Assembly: GCA_016926205.1 (NCBI GenBank)
Contig: JAFGPB010000073.1
Location: forward strand, 17,272 to 81,271
Length of the DNA: 64,000 nucleotides
Source: Bacteroidales bacterium
GTDB taxonomy: Bacteria; Bacteroidota; Bacteroidia; Bacteroidales; UBA10428
Direction of reading: 5' to 3'
The notes under the pieces were generated by a model that had not been told where the DNA came from, did not search any database, and was given only the letters and a program-made list of their open reading frames with translations. Both the position numbers and the translations under genes were made by a program. Positions 9,439 through 20,160 of the stretch are shown here, one piece after another (within the stretch, counting starts at the first letter, position 1; every line of letters starts with the position of its first letter).

Positions 9439-10857
9439 GTGACGGTGAGAAATATTGATATAATAATCGCGCTTTTTTTCTTGGCTGGTTCTTATGGAAT
9501 ATCCGGACAGAATGTTGTGATCTCAGGTAACGCACCTGCATATACCGGTATGGAACTGGTTTTCATGCAAAATTCCGACTGGATCACTCATACTGAAGAA
9601 ATTGTCGGAAAAACCAGTGTCGACACAAACGGAAATTTCCGTCTTGAAGCACAAATTTCCGGAACAACCCTGCTGTTTGCTTACATGGGAGTATACAGGG
9701 CATACTTTTATGCGGAACCGGGCAGGCATTATGAACTGATCCTTCCGGAATACACTGAAAAACTGCCAGAGGAAAGACTGAATCCGTATTTTCAGTATGA
9801 AGATCTGCACCTGGGCATACGCAATTTTAATGAAAATGATTTGAATATGCTGATCATGATGTTTGATGATACCTACAATCCGTATTATAACAAACATGTT
9901 TATGATGTTTACACCAAACCGGATATGGCAATCCTTGAACATGATATCATTCAGATGGAGGAACCTTTCAGAAAATATAACAATCCGTTTTTCAGGGATT
10001 ACCGGCATTATGTGTACGGGTTGCTCAAAATGTCTGCAAACCAGCAGAGAGTCCAGAGTCTTTCGGATGAATATTTTAACGGCAGACCGGTTTTATACGG
10101 TCATCCTGTTTACGGTGAGCTTTTTGCCAGGGTATTTGATAAATACTTTGTTTTTTTCGGGAGGACGGAAGATGGTAAAAGAATTTATCATGATATCAAT
10201 CAGCTTGGTGATTTTGATGCCCTTGTCGCATCCATATCAAAGACGAATAATTTCTCGAACGATACACTAAGGGAGCTGGTAATCCTCAAGGAACTGCATG
10301 ACGAATATTACAGCGACCAGTTTTCTAGAAAGGCTTTATTGAATATTCTGGATACATTGATATCAAGAACATCAATTGAGGAACACAGGTCTATCGGGCA
10401 GAATATCAGAAATAAGATCACACGTCTACAGGCGGGTTTTGCTCCGCCTCTGTTTGAACTGCTGGACTCAGACGGTAATTCTGTAAAACTTTCCGATTTT
10501 ATTGGTAGTTATATTTACCTGAATTTCTGTACTTTTCAGAGCTACACATGTCTCAATGAGTTTAATATGCTGGCAACCATTCATAGGAAATACAGAGACA
10601 AACTTGTCATCATTACCATCACAACCGATCCGGACGGAGACGAATTCAGGGCATTCCGGTTGAAGAATGAATACAACTGGGTCTTCCTGCACTATGACAG
10701 GGATCCTGAGATTATAAAACAATATGATATCAGGGCATTTCCCATGTACTTTCTGATCGGACCGGACGGCAGGCTCATATTGTCACCTGCACCTTCTCCT
10801 GCTGAAAACTTTGAATCGAGATGGTTAGAAATTATGCGCCTAAAAGGTGATTTATAG
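9439..10857 (+). CDS. Secreted thioredoxin-fold (TlpA/AhpC-like) protein with a long N-terminal extension
   Basis: Signal peptide and a C-terminal redoxin-like region (FELLDSDGNSVKLSDF...YLNFC...FPMYFLIGPDGRL). The canonical CxxC is replaced by C-x6-C. GTG start. Confidence 0.6.
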   Translation: MTVRNIDIIIALFFLAGSYGISGQNVVISGNAPAYTGMELVFMQNSDWITHTEEIVGKTSVDTNGNFRLEAQISGTTLLFAYMGVYRAYFYAEPGRHYELILPEYTEKLPEERLNPYFQYEDLHLGIRNFNENDLNMLIMMFDDTYNPYYNKHVYDVYTKPDMAILEHDIIQMEEPFRKYNNPFFRDYRHYVYGLLKMSANQQRVQSLSDEYFNGRPVLYGHPVYGELFARVFDKYFVFFGRTEDGKRIYHDINQLGDFDALVASISKTNNFSNDTLRELVILKELHDEYYSDQFSRKALLNILDTLISRTSIEEHRSIGQNIRNKITRLQAGFAPPLFELLDSDGNSVKLSDFIGSYIYLNFCTFQSYTCLNEFNMLATIHRKYRDKLVIITITTDPDGDEFRAFRLKNEYNWVFLHYDRDPEIIKQYDIRAFPMYFLIGPDGRLILSPAPSPAENFESRWLEIMRLKGDL

Positions 10858-11472
10858 GGCAATAAGCTTGGCATACCTGAGCACATCCATAATAGTCAGG
10901 TATGTATTATTACATACTTCCTGCAGTTCTTCGGTTTTGAACCAACGGATCTCTGTTATGTCCTCCTCATGTTGGGGTACAGGGGTACGCTCACCTGCAT
11001 AGATCATATCATACCAGAATGTCTTTTTAAGTATGTGCTGTTCTTCAAGCATATACGCATGGTAAGTAGATATAAGCTGTTCCCTGATCTCCAATCCTGT
11101 AATTCCGCATTCCTCTTCTACTTCCCTTAATGCTGCCTGCTGTGGTTTCTCATTTTCTCTTATTTTGCCCTTTGGCAGATCCCATTTGCCTCTTCTCTTT
11201 ATAATCAGCAACCGGTTATCAGGATCTCTAACCAGTCCCCCGGCAGCTTCAATATTGTGAAAGCATGATTTGAACACATTACGAAGTTCTTCCAGATCAT
11301 AGTGAAAAATAAAGAGGGTATTGATTTTTTTCAATTTCCGGTAGAAATCAACCAGTTCCTTGAGATCCTCCTCATTCCGGAATTTGTAAAAAAGTCCGTA
11401 CCTCAACTGAAAATGCTTGATGAAATCATCTGTCAGCAGAACATACCGGTCGTTGAAAAAAACTTTATACAT
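10852..11472 (-). CDS. NUDIX hydrolase
   Basis: Nudix box GKWDLPKGKIRENEKPQQAALREVEEECGI. Confidence 0.9.
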   Translation of the reverse strand: MYKVFFNDRYVLLTDDFIKHFQLRYGLFYKFRNEEDLKELVDFYRKLKKINTLFIFHYDLEELRNVFKSCFHNIEAAGGLVRDPDNRLLIIKRRGKWDLPKGKIRENEKPQQAALREVEEECGITGLEIREQLISTYHAYMLEEQHILKKTFWYDMIYAGERTPVPQHEEDITEIRWFKTEELQEVCNNTYLTIMDVLRYAKLIAL

Positions 11473-11479
11473 TTACACA

Positions 11480-12115
11480 ATGAAAAATATCAACAAATTG
11501 CTGGCAGGCAGATTGCTCCAGTGTGAAGCAATAAAACTAAGCCTGGATCCTCCGTTTCAATGGTCATCCGGCTGGAAATCACCAATATATTGTGACAACA
11601 GGATAACCTTGTCATATCCTGGAATAAGAAACCTGATCAAATATAACTTCGTAGGGTTAATAAAAGAAAAATTTTTATCAACAGAAGCCATCGCTGCTGT
11701 TGCAACCGGAGCGATTGCTCATGGTGCTCTCGTGGCAGATGAAATGGGGCTTCCCTTCCTGTATATAAGGTCTGAACCCAAAACGCACGGTCTTTCAAAC
11801 CTGATCGAAGGCAGGATAAAGGAAGGCCAGAAGGTGGTTGTTATTGAGGATCTGGTTTCCACAGGAAGAAGCAGTATTAACGCTGTTGAGGCACTCAGGT
11901 CCATTGGGGCAAAGGTTATGGGTATGGTTGCCATTTTCACATACGGATTTAAAAAGGCCGAGGAAAATTTTAAAAATGCCGGTTGTTTGCTTTATACCTT
12001 GAGCAATTTTGATTCATTGCTTGAAACAGCATTGGAGACCGGTTATATTGAGGGGGATAACCTGGCAATATTAAAAAGGTGGATGCAGGATCCTGAAAAC
12101 TGGGTAAACGATTGA
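11480..12115 (+). CDS. pyrE: Orotate phosphoribosyltransferase
   Basis: PRPP-binding loop VVVIEDLVSTGRSS. The ATG at 11480 is preferred over the extended ORF start at 11417. Confidence 0.92.
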   Translation: MKNINKLLAGRLLQCEAIKLSLDPPFQWSSGWKSPIYCDNRITLSYPGIRNLIKYNFVGLIKEKFLSTEAIAAVATGAIAHGALVADEMGLPFLYIRSEPKTHGLSNLIEGRIKEGQKVVVIEDLVSTGRSSINAVEALRSIGAKVMGMVAIFTYGFKKAEENFKNAGCLLYTLSNFDSLLETALETGYIEGDNLAILKRWMQDPENWVND

Positions 12116-12151
12116 ACTATAATAGATTTCAAATTTAATATTATAAGTAAT

Positions 12152-12568
12152 ATGTTGCAGCTGAACAGTAAGACCGGCACCATAAACGGAAGTCCGGAAC
12201 AGGTATTTGAATATGTTTCTGATTTCAGGAACATGGAAAACATATTGCCGAAGGAAATCATGAGCAATATTGAAGTTTTCGATCACCATTGCCGATTTGA
12301 TGTTTTGGGAATTGGGAAAGTCGGTTTGCAGATGGTCGAGAAAATACCTTTTTCACAAATTAAGATCGCAGCTTCAGAGGGCAGTCCGGCTGATTTTAAC
12401 CTGTGGATTCATATCCTGCCGCATTCAGCCAATCAGACAAAAGTCAATTTTGTTTTGCATGCCGGCTTGAATGTTTTTTTGGAAGCCATGGCAAAAAAAC
12501 CTTTGCAGCAGTTTATAGACATGCTGGCTGACAAGATGGAGCAAAAGGTTTTCAACGGTCCGGACTGA
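12152..12568 (+). CDS. SRPBCC (START/polyketide-cyclase-like) family protein
   Basis: 138 aa. The N-terminus SPEQVFEYVSDFRNMENILP is typical of the SRPBCC fold. Confidence 0.6.
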   Translation: MLQLNSKTGTINGSPEQVFEYVSDFRNMENILPKEIMSNIEVFDHHCRFDVLGIGKVGLQMVEKIPFSQIKIAASEGSPADFNLWIHILPHSANQTKVNFVLHAGLNVFLEAMAKKPLQQFIDMLADKMEQKVFNGPD

Positions 12569-12575
12569 CGTTAAA

Positions 12576-13319
12576 TCAGTATTTTATTTCCTTAAAGGAA
12601 TACGATTGTATTCTGCCTGTTCTTTTCTTTACGATCAGTGTACCTGATTCCGATACGTCCACGATCCTTCCTTCAAACCTGCCTGTATGGTCAGTATAGG
12701 TTCTCCATTCATTCAAAGCCAGAAGGTTATTGAGATAGGAATTTTTTATTTCACCGAAGTCCCGATGATATATTTTATCGATCCAGGGAATAAGGTTTTC
12801 CATTATGGATTTATAGATGTTGTTCAGTGAAAATTCACGGGCAGTAAGAATGCACATGGAAGTAACCTTCCCCAGTACGTCAGGGAAGATCTGCTGGTTG
12901 ACATTCAGACCAATACCGATAATGGATGATTTTAACCTTCTACCGACAATGCTGTTTTCGATAAGCATTCCGGCTATCTTGCCTTCACCGGCCCAAATAT
13001 CATTGGGCCATTTGATTGCAGCCGGTATCTGATTTCTTTGCAGAAAATCGATTATGCCATTTGAGAAACTCATTGAAAGGTAAAACTGATTTTCTGCATT
13101 CAGGAATTCAGGATATAATATAATACTGAATGTCAGATTTTTACCAGGCTCACTTTCCCATCTGTTACCAGCCTGGCCCTTTCCTGCAGTCTGATTGTCT
13201 GTCAAAATTACAGTTCCTTCGGGCACTTTTTTCGTTCGCAGGATTCGGGAAGCGTAACTGTTGGTTGAATCAACATGATCAAGCTTTATCGTGTATAAAT
13301 CAGGTCTGATCGTGTTCAT
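12576..13319 (-). CDS. birA: Biotin--[acetyl-CoA-carboxylase] ligase (no N-terminal HTH domain)
   Basis: GKGQAGNRWES motif (GRGRxGRxW class) and KWPNDI motif. Confidence 0.9.
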   Translation of the reverse strand: MNTIRPDLYTIKLDHVDSTNSYASRILRTKKVPEGTVILTDNQTAGKGQAGNRWESEPGKNLTFSIILYPEFLNAENQFYLSMSFSNGIIDFLQRNQIPAAIKWPNDIWAGEGKIAGMLIENSIVGRRLKSSIIGIGLNVNQQIFPDVLGKVTSMCILTAREFSLNNIYKSIMENLIPWIDKIYHRDFGEIKNSYLNNLLALNEWRTYTDHTGRFEGRIVDVSESGTLIVKKRTGRIQSYSFKEIKY

Positions 13320-13349
13320 AAGTAAATTATTATCAGTTTTTGGGTTTTC

Positions 13350-13357
13350 AAATTTAC
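13350..13357 (-). promoter_or_regulatory. Bacteroidota -7 box for birA
   Basis: The minus strand reads TAAATTTG, 31 nt upstream of the birA ATG. Confidence 0.35.
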
Positions 13358-13464
13358 ATTTTGGTATTGTTATTGTCAGGTGAAACTGTGCAAAAAATGG
13401 TGATCATGCAATTTCAATGGACTTCGCTCAACAATTTGATAAATAAATGAATTGATAATTTCAC

Positions 13465-13472
13465 TATTTTTG
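13465..13472 (+). promoter_or_regulatory. Bacteroidota -7 box for the rsfS-ftsH unit
   Basis: TATTTTTG lies 26 nt upstream of the rsfS start. Confidence 0.35.
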
Positions 13473-13497
13473 CACCAGGAAAACTAATAAATCTATA

Positions 13498-13860
13498 TTG
13501 GAAAATAACGCTAAGCTTATTAAGTTTATAATTGAAGGTATTATTGAAAAAAAAGGGAAGGAGATTGTCCATGTAAATCTAGAAAAACTTAATTATGCAC
13601 CTTGTGAAAATTTCATTATCTGTCATGGGGATACGGGGATTCAGAGCAGATCTCTGGCTGAATCAGTCGAAAGAAAAGTAAAAGATAATCTCGATGTTCA
13701 GTTGTGGCACAGGGAAGGTATGGATGTGGCGAAATGGATTCTGCTGGATTATGGGATTGTTGTTGTACACATTTTTCAGAAGGAAACTAGAGAGTATTAT
13801 AAACTGGAAGAATTGTGGGGCGATGCGGAGATGTTTTTAATCAGTGATGAATTTAAATGA
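13498..13860 (+). CDS. rsfS: Ribosome silencing factor RsfS
   Basis: 120 aa with DYGIVVVHIF and LEELWGDA motifs. Apparent TTG start. Confidence 0.85.
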   Translation: MENNAKLIKFIIEGIIEKKGKEIVHVNLEKLNYAPCENFIICHGDTGIQSRSLAESVERKVKDNLDVQLWHREGMDVAKWILLDYGIVVVHIFQKETREYYKLEELWGDAEMFLISDEFK

Positions 13861-13876
13861 TTGAAGGGCTAACATA

Positions 13877-15976
13877 ATGGATGAGAATAAAAATTCTAAA
13901 TGGAAGAAAGTTGAAGCGCAAAATCAAAACAAATCCGGGCAGGGTCATGGCAACAAAATGCCCGGGGATCGGAAACCGCGCTTTAATGCGGTTTGGATAT
14001 ATGCTTTGATCGGTCTTGTTCTCGTTGTGATATATTTTTTTGATGCCGGACAGGGTCCTGTTCAAATTGACTGGAAGTTTTTCCGCGATGAATTGTTGCT
14101 GAAAAATGAAGTTGCCAGGATCCAGGTCATTAATGAACAAAATGCCGAGATATATATCAAAGAGGAATATTTGGATGAATCCAAACACCAGGAGAAATTC
14201 AGCAAGGGATTGAACACCTTTTCCAGATCCGGCCCTCATTATTCTATACCGGTTGGTTCCAATGATATTTTTAAAAGTCAGCTCGATGAAGCACAGGCAG
14301 ACTTACCGGATGAGGAAAAAATATATCCCGAATACATACGCAAAAGGACATTTGGGGATACATTGTATGTGTTGCTTCCAATTATTGTACTTATTGTGAT
14401 ATGGATCATTGTTTTCAGACGTATGAGCGGTAGTGGTGGCAGCAGTGGAGGAACCAACATATTTAATGTTGGCAAATCAAAAGCCAGGATTTTTGACAGG
14501 GATGAAAATGTGAGGATCGATTTCAATGACGTTGCGGGTCTGGAGGAAGCCAAGATGGAAGTCAAGGAAATCGTGGATTTTCTGAAGAAACCGAAAAAAT
14601 ATACGGATCTGGGAGGTAAAATCCCCAAAGGAGCCTTGCTTGTCGGTCCGCCGGGTGCGGGAAAGACTTTGCTGGCCAAAGCTGTTGCAGGAGAAGCTCA
14701 TGTTCCGTTCTTTTCAATGTCTGGTTCTGATTTCGTGGAAATGTTCGTTGGAGTCGGGGCTTCAAGGGTAAGAGACCTTTTCAAGCAGGCCAAAGAAAAA
14801 GCTCCCTGTATTGTTTTTATTGATGAAATTGATGCCATAGGACGTTCACGGGGAAGAAACCCGAATATCGGAGCCAACGATGAAAGGGAAAATACGCTGA
14901 ACCAGTTACTCACAGAGATGGATGGATTCGCCTCAAATGTTGGAGTGATTATTCTTGCGGCCACAAACAGGGCGGATGTACTGGATAAAGCGTTGATGCG
15001 GGCGGGACGTTTTGACAGGCAGATCTATGTGGAACTTCCTGATCTGAACGAGCGGAAAGAAATATTTGAAGTCCACCTGAGACCCATAAAGGTAGAGAAA
15101 GATCTGGACATCATGTTCCTTGCACGGCAGACACCCGGTTTTTCGGGCGCTGATATCGCAAATGTATGCAACGAAGCGGCGCTGATTGCTGCAAGAAGGA
15201 ACAAGAAATCAGTGCAGCGGCAGGATTTTCTCGATGCGGTCGACAGAATCATCGGAGGTCTTGAGAAAAAAAACAAGATTATTACGGTCGATGAAAAGAA
15301 AACCATAGCATATCATGAAGCAGGGCATGCAACGGTAAGCTGGATGCTTGAGCACGCCAGTCCGTTGTTTAAAGTTTCCATTATTCCGCGCGGAAAATCA
15401 CTTGGAGCTGCCTGGTACCTGCCTGAAGAAAGGCAGATTACAACCAGTGAACAGATGCTTGAAGAAATGACCGCCACACTCGGGGGAAGGGCAGCAGAGC
15501 AGATCGTTTTCGGTAAATTATCGACTGGGGCTCTCAATGATCTGGAACGTATTACAAAGCAGGCTTATGCTATGGTCAGCTATTTTGGACTGAGTAAAAA
15601 AATAGGCAACATCAGTTTTTACGATTCGACAGGACAGAATGAGTATTACTTCCAGAAGCCATACAGTGAAAAAACTGCGGAACTGATCGATCAGGAAGTC
15701 AAAGACATTATTGAACAACAATATAAGCTTGCCCTTGAGATCCTTGAGAAAAATAAAGAGGGATTGACGCAACTGGCGGAACAGCTGCTTGAAAAAGAGG
15801 TTATTTTCACCGAGGATCTGGAAAAGATTTTTGGTAAGCGCAAAGGCCAGAAACCTGATGAAAAGGAAAGGCCAAAAACCACGGGCAGAAAAAAGAAAAC
15901 GGCTAAGGCAGCGGAGGAGAAGAATGAACAAGAGAACCACGCTGAAGAGGTCAAAAGCATAAAAAAGTCAGCCTGA
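13877..15976 (+). CDS. ftsH: ATP-dependent zinc metalloprotease FtsH
   Basis: Walker [17 protein letters not shown] region, and HEAGHA zinc motif. Confidence 0.97.
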   Translation: MDENKNSKWKKVEAQNQNKSGQGHGNKMPGDRKPRFNAVWIYALIGLVLVVIYFFDAGQGPVQIDWKFFRDELLLKNEVARIQVINEQNAEIYIKEEYLDESKHQEKFSKGLNTFSRSGPHYSIPVGSNDIFKSQLDEAQADLPDEEKIYPEYIRKRTFGDTLYVLLPIIVLIVIWIIVFRRMSGSGGSSGGTNIFNVGKSKARIFDRDENVRIDFNDVAGLEEAKMEVKEIVDFLKKPKKYTDLGGKIPKGALLVGPPGAGKTLLAKAVAGEAHVPFFSMSGSDFVEMFVGVGASRVRDLFKQAKEKAPCIVFIDEIDAIGRSRGRNPNIGANDERENTLNQLLTEMDGFASNVGVIILAATNRADVLDKALMRAGRFDRQIYVELPDLNERKEIFEVHLRPIKVEKDLDIMFLARQTPGFSGADIANVCNEAALIAARRNKKSVQRQDFLDAVDRIIGGLEKKNKIITVDEKKTIAYHEAGHATVSWMLEHASPLFKVSIIPRGKSLGAAWYLPEERQITTSEQMLEEMTATLGGRAAEQIVFGKLSTGALNDLERITKQAYAMVSYFGLSKKIGNISFYDSTGQNEYYFQKPYSEKTAELIDQEVKDIIEQQYKLALEILEKNKEGLTQLAEQLLEKEVIFTEDLEKIFGKRKGQKPDEKERPKTTGRKKKTAKAAEEKNEQENHAEEVKSIKKSA

Positions 15977-16052
15977 TTGTTTACAACCTGGTACCATTAT
16001 ACCCTGATTAGCCTGTTACTGATGGAGATTGATTTGTCATTTCGGATTTCGA

Positions 16053-16244
16053 ATGGTTTGCTGCTTCAGCACAGATAAATTATACGCAGCGCAGATGGCA
16101 CAGGAGTTGCTTGCCTCAAACGGGATAGATTCCATAATCCTGAACAAGCAGGATTCAGTCTTTCTTGTTGGTGATATTGAGGTCCTTGTAAGACATGAAT
16201 TGCTGATACGGGCAAAACATTTGTTAAAAGACTTTGAGGTTTGA
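16053..16244 (+). CDS. DUF2007-like small protein (putative signal-transducing fold)
   Basis: About 63 aa with the pattern VCCFSTDKLYAAQMAQELLASNGI. The ATG at 16053 is preferred over the TTG at 16029. Confidence 0.5.
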   Translation: MVCCFSTDKLYAAQMAQELLASNGIDSIILNKQDSVFLVGDIEVLVRHELLIRAKHLLKDFEV

Positions 16245-17062
16245 ATACAATTTTAAAAAGAACAGTCTCGGGGATTGTTTACCTCATCCTGATTGTTGGT
16301 TCTCTGTTTACAGGCAGCGTTGCATTCGTGGTTTTGTTATTGTGCATAGGCACTATAGCGCTGTATGAGTTTTATAAGCTTGCAGATGCAACTGCTGCAT
16401 CTCCGGTGATCGTTACAGGACTTGTTGCAGGTATTGTCATGATTGCAACTGCATTCCTGGTATCTTCCCGGATCCTTGATCATGCATGGTTGTCATCGGG
16501 ACTTTTTTTGGTCCTGCTTTTATTCGTGCTGACATTATTCATGAACCATCAGAAAGCATCCAGGAATGTGGCACTGCAATTGCTGGGTATTGTTTATGTC
16601 TCATTACCGCTTGCCGCTTCCACATATATCATATTCCCAAAGTCATTTCAATATGAATATACACACCGGATCATGCTCGGAATTTTCATCCTGATCTGGA
16701 TCAACGATACTTTCGCTTATCTGACCGGTATAACAATTGGCCGCCACAGGCTTTATGAAAAAATATCACCAAAAAAATCCTGGGAAGGAGTTGCTGGAGG
16801 CAGTCTTTTTACCATGGTATCAGCTTTCTGGATGTCGGATCTCATGAATGCCCTGACCAGGAAAGACTGGCTTGTGACTGCAATAATTGTTTCCCTTTTT
16901 GGTGTTTTTGGTGATTTGTTTGAGTCGGTGATCAAACGTGAAGTGAGTGCAAAGGATTCCGGCAATCTGATCCCGGGCCACGGTGGTGTGCTTGACCGGA
17001 TTGACTCCATGCTTTTTGTCGTTCCGGTTGTATTTATTTATATGATTCTCAACAATTTGTAA
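16241..17062 (+). CDS. cdsA: Phosphatidate cytidylyltransferase
   Basis: CTP-transferase signature SxxKRxxxxKDxxxxxPGHGGxxDRxDS (KREVSAKDSGNLIPGHGGVLDRIDS). The TTG start overlaps the upstream stop codon. Confidence 0.92.
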   Translation: MNTILKRTVSGIVYLILIVGSLFTGSVAFVVLLLCIGTIALYEFYKLADATAASPVIVTGLVAGIVMIATAFLVSSRILDHAWLSSGLFLVLLLFVLTLFMNHQKASRNVALQLLGIVYVSLPLAASTYIIFPKSFQYEYTHRIMLGIFILIWINDTFAYLTGITIGRHRLYEKISPKKSWEGVAGGSLFTMVSAFWMSDLMNALTRKDWLVTAIIVSLFGVFGDLFESVIKREVSAKDSGNLIPGHGGVLDRIDSMLFVVPVVFIYMILNNL

Positions 17063-17081
17063 AACATATAAACCATAACGG

Positions 17082-17747
17082 ATGATGAAGATACATAAGG
17101 AAGGCATTCTGATCATTCTGACCGTCCTGACCCTGCTGACCATTCTGAACCTGGTCGTTCACTGGAGCATTAAGAACTCATTCCTGCAGACTGCATTGGC
17201 AACTGTGTCGGTGGTTCTGTTTTTACTTGTTTTATGGTTTTTCAGGGATCCTGGAAGAAAATTCGTGCCCGATGCTTTGGTGATCAACTGTCCGGCGGAC
17301 GGTGAAATTGTTGCGATAAAGGAAGTATTTGAAAATGAATACTTTCATGACAAACGCATTCAGGTTTCCATCTTCATGTCACCTTTGAATGTACATATAA
17401 ACCGGTATCCGGTTAACGGATTCATTACATATGTCCGTTATCACCCGGGAAAATATCTTGTAGCCTGGCATCCAAAATCATCTGAACTCAATGAACACGC
17501 AACTGTTGTGCTGAAGGACCGCAAAGGCCGTGAGATCATGGTCAGACAGATTGCAGGAGCAGTGGCAAGGCGTATTGTTACCTATGCTGAAGAAGGTATG
17601 GATGTTGTGCAGGGTCAGGAACTGGGATTTATAAAGTTTGGCTCACGGGTTGATTTGTTCCTGCCTGCGGGCACTGCCATTGACGTTGAAATCGGCCAGA
17701 AAGTAAAAGGCAATCAAAGTGTTGTTGGCAGGTGGAAAGAGCAATGA
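17082..17747 (+). CDS. psd: Phosphatidylserine decarboxylase (short form)
   Basis: FGSRVD self-cleavage motif near the C-terminus and an N-terminal TM region. Adjacent to cdsA. Confidence 0.9.
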   Translation: MMKIHKEGILIILTVLTLLTILNLVVHWSIKNSFLQTALATVSVVLFLLVLWFFRDPGRKFVPDALVINCPADGEIVAIKEVFENEYFHDKRIQVSIFMSPLNVHINRYPVNGFITYVRYHPGKYLVAWHPKSSELNEHATVVLKDRKGREIMVRQIAGAVARRIVTYAEEGMDVVQGQELGFIKFGSRVDLFLPAGTAIDVEIGQKVKGNQSVVGRWKEQ

Positions 17748-17754
17748 TCCAGGA

Positions 17755-18942
17755 TCAGATTGCCTGCAGTTCCTTCCCGACCTCAATAAATGCCTGCAGT
17801 GCCTGATTAAGGTGTGTTTTGGTATGCGCAGCTGACAGCTGGACACGGATCCGCGCTTCACCTTTTGGTACAACCGGATAATAAAAACCCTTCACATAAA
17901 TTCCTTTTTCTAGCAATTTTTCCGCAAAGTCCTGTGAGCGTTTTGCATCATACATCATAATAGCTACTATGGCCGATTCGGTGTGTTTTATGTCAAATCC
18001 CGCCGCAAGGATCTGTTTTTTAAAATACTCTGTGTTTTTATGGAGTTTTTCCTGAAGTTCGCTGGTTTCGTTCATCATTTCAAAAATCCTGATTCCTGCC
18101 GCCACTACCATAGGGGGCAGTGAGTTGGAGAACAGGTAAGGCCTCGAACGTTGCCGCAGCATTTCAATGATTTCTTTTCTTCCTGTTGTGAAACCACCGA
18201 TTGCACCTCCGAAAGCCTTGCCAAGTGTACCCGTGATGATATCGATCTGGCCGCGGATGTTGAACAGTTCCGATACACCGTGGCCAGTCCTGCCGACAAC
18301 TCCCGCTGAATGACTTTCGTCTACCATTACGAGTGCATCATATTTTTTTGCAAGGTCACAAATCCTGTCAACAGGCGCAACATTGCCATCCATGGAAAAA
18401 ACACCGTCTGTTACAATGATCCTGAAGCGCTGGTTTTGTGCTTCGGCCAGTTTGCTTTCAAGGTCAGACATATCGGTATTGGCATACCTGTATCGATGTG
18501 CCTTGCAAAGTCTCACACCGTCAATGATGGAAGCATGGTTCAGTGAATCGGAAATGATCGCATCTTCCTCGCCAAAGAGTGGTTCAAACAAACCTCCGTT
18601 GGCATCAAAGCAGGCTGCATATAAAATGGTATCTCCGGTGCCAAAAAAACCGGCAATCTGTTCTTCAAGTTCTTTGTGCAGATTCGTAGTGCCGCAGATG
18701 AACCGGACGGATGACATGCCGTATCCGTATTTGTCAAGTGCCTGGTGTGCAGCATCTATCAGTGCGGGATGAGAAGAAAGACCCAGGTAGTTGTTTGCGC
18801 AGAAATTAAGCACTTTTTGCCCTCCGCTCAAGATGATCTCGGCATCCTGCGGGGATGTGATCAGATTTTCCTTTTTAAACAGGCCTGATTCCTCAATGGA
18901 TCGCAGTTCCTGCAACAGGTGCTCTTTTATTCTTTCGTACAT
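17755..18942 (-). CDS. kbl: Glycine C-acetyltransferase (2-amino-3-ketobutyrate CoA ligase)
   Basis: DESHS and TGTLGKAFGG (PLP lysine) motifs. 395 aa, downstream of tdh. Confidence 0.88.
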   Translation of the reverse strand: MYERIKEHLLQELRSIEESGLFKKENLITSPQDAEIILSGGQKVLNFCANNYLGLSSHPALIDAAHQALDKYGYGMSSVRFICGTTNLHKELEEQIAGFFGTGDTILYAACFDANGGLFEPLFGEEDAIISDSLNHASIIDGVRLCKAHRYRYANTDMSDLESKLAEAQNQRFRIIVTDGVFSMDGNVAPVDRICDLAKKYDALVMVDESHSAGVVGRTGHGVSELFNIRGQIDIITGTLGKAFGGAIGGFTTGRKEIIEMLRQRSRPYLFSNSLPPMVVAAGIRIFEMMNETSELQEKLHKNTEYFKKQILAAGFDIKHTESAIVAIMMYDAKRSQDFAEKLLEKGIYVKGFYYPVVPKGEARIRVQLSAAHTKTHLNQALQAFIEVGKELQAI

Positions 18943-19067
18943 GTTGGATTGTCAGTTGATTTGTAAATTGATGAATTTCGGCTGACCAATGAATTGTTAA
19001 AATACAGATAATCAATTGTATATGTGTTGATGCTCTATGGTTTCCGGATTCGTTCCTGAGCTATATT

Positions 19068-20030
19068 CTAATTCGTTATTTTCAGCAACTTCTTCCTGAC
19101 TTCTTCAACCATGACATCCGTAATCTTTTTCAGGTCAAATACGGGTTTCCAATCAATATCCGCGCGGAACAGACTGTCATCTATACTGTGAGGCCAGCTT
19201 TCGGCAATGGAATTCCTGAAATCCGGCTTGTAGGAAATCTTAAAACCGGGTATATATCTGCCGATATCATCGGCAACCTGACCCGGGGATATACTGAATC
19301 CGGTGATGTTATAGGAAGTATGGCAGGTTAGTTTGCTCCGGTCTGTTTCCATAAGTTTCACAGTAGCCTGGATGGCATCATGCATAAAAAGCATAGGCAT
19401 GGTCCTGCCGGCTTCTATGAAGCATGTGTAACTTCCTTTTTTAACGGCATCATAATAAATCTCAACCGCCCAGTCGGTCGTACCTCCTCCCGGTTCTGTT
19501 TTGAAACTGATCAGTCCGGGATACCTCAAACTTCTGATATCCAAATCGTAACGTTTATGGTAATATTCGCACCACCGTTCACCGGCAAGTTTGCTGATAC
19601 CGTATACGGTTGAAGGTTCCATTACACTAAGCTGGGGACTGTTCTTTCTTGGCGTTGACTTGCCGAAGACTGCGATTGAGCTGGGCCAGAAAACCTTTTT
19701 TACTTCATCCACAAGCTTTGCCACTTCCAGAATGTTCATCAGGCTGTTCATGTTGATATGCCAGGCCTGGGTCGGCAGTTTTTCTGCATTGCCTGAAAGC
19801 ACTGCTGCCAGATGATAGATCTGGGTGATCTTGTTCCGGATTACAAAATGGATCAAATGCTTGTCATCCATAACATCAAGAAACTGAAAAGGACCTTTGT
19901 CCTTAATATCAGGAGGCGCCTCCTTGACGTCAGTGGCATATACATTTTCATTGCCGTAAATGCTTCTGAGCCCGAGGGTCAGTTCCGAACCGATCTGTCC
20001 GGATGCCCCGACAATCAGTATTCTTTCCAT
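19068..20030 (-). CDS. tdh: L-threonine 3-dehydrogenase, SDR/epimerase type
   Basis: Rossmann motif VGASGQIGSEL. 320-aa epimerase-like protein directly upstream of kbl. Confidence 0.75.
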   Translation of the reverse strand: MERILIVGASGQIGSELTLGLRSIYGNENVYATDVKEAPPDIKDKGPFQFLDVMDDKHLIHFVIRNKITQIYHLAAVLSGNAEKLPTQAWHINMNSLMNILEVAKLVDEVKKVFWPSSIAVFGKSTPRKNSPQLSVMEPSTVYGISKLAGERWCEYYHKRYDLDIRSLRYPGLISFKTEPGGGTTDWAVEIYYDAVKKGSYTCFIEAGRTMPMLFMHDAIQATVKLMETDRSKLTCHTSYNITGFSISPGQVADDIGRYIPGFKISYKPDFRNSIAESWPHSIDDSLFRADIDWKPVFDLKKITDVMVEEVRKKLLKITN

Positions 20031-20160
20031 GTTTCATTTATTGTTGAGAAGACCTTCTGTGTAATGTTTTGCTGTCAAATTGACATAAAAATACATTGTT
20101 TTAATTTGGCAAGCAATTTGCCTGATGTTGTAAAGTAAGAATTTCTATAAAGAAAAAACA

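Noticed and set aside
18942-19068. The 125-bp spacer between tdh and kbl as a possible glycine or threonine riboswitch.
   Set aside because: I could not find any conserved glycine-riboswitch core (GGAGAG...CACCG) or other known motif. The spacer is AT-rich and has no strong stems.
20073-20085. The 13-bp palindrome tgtcaaattgaca in the tdh/Zn-peptidase divergent region.
   Set aside because: It is short and AT-rich, so a chance occurrence is likely, and no second copy was noticed.
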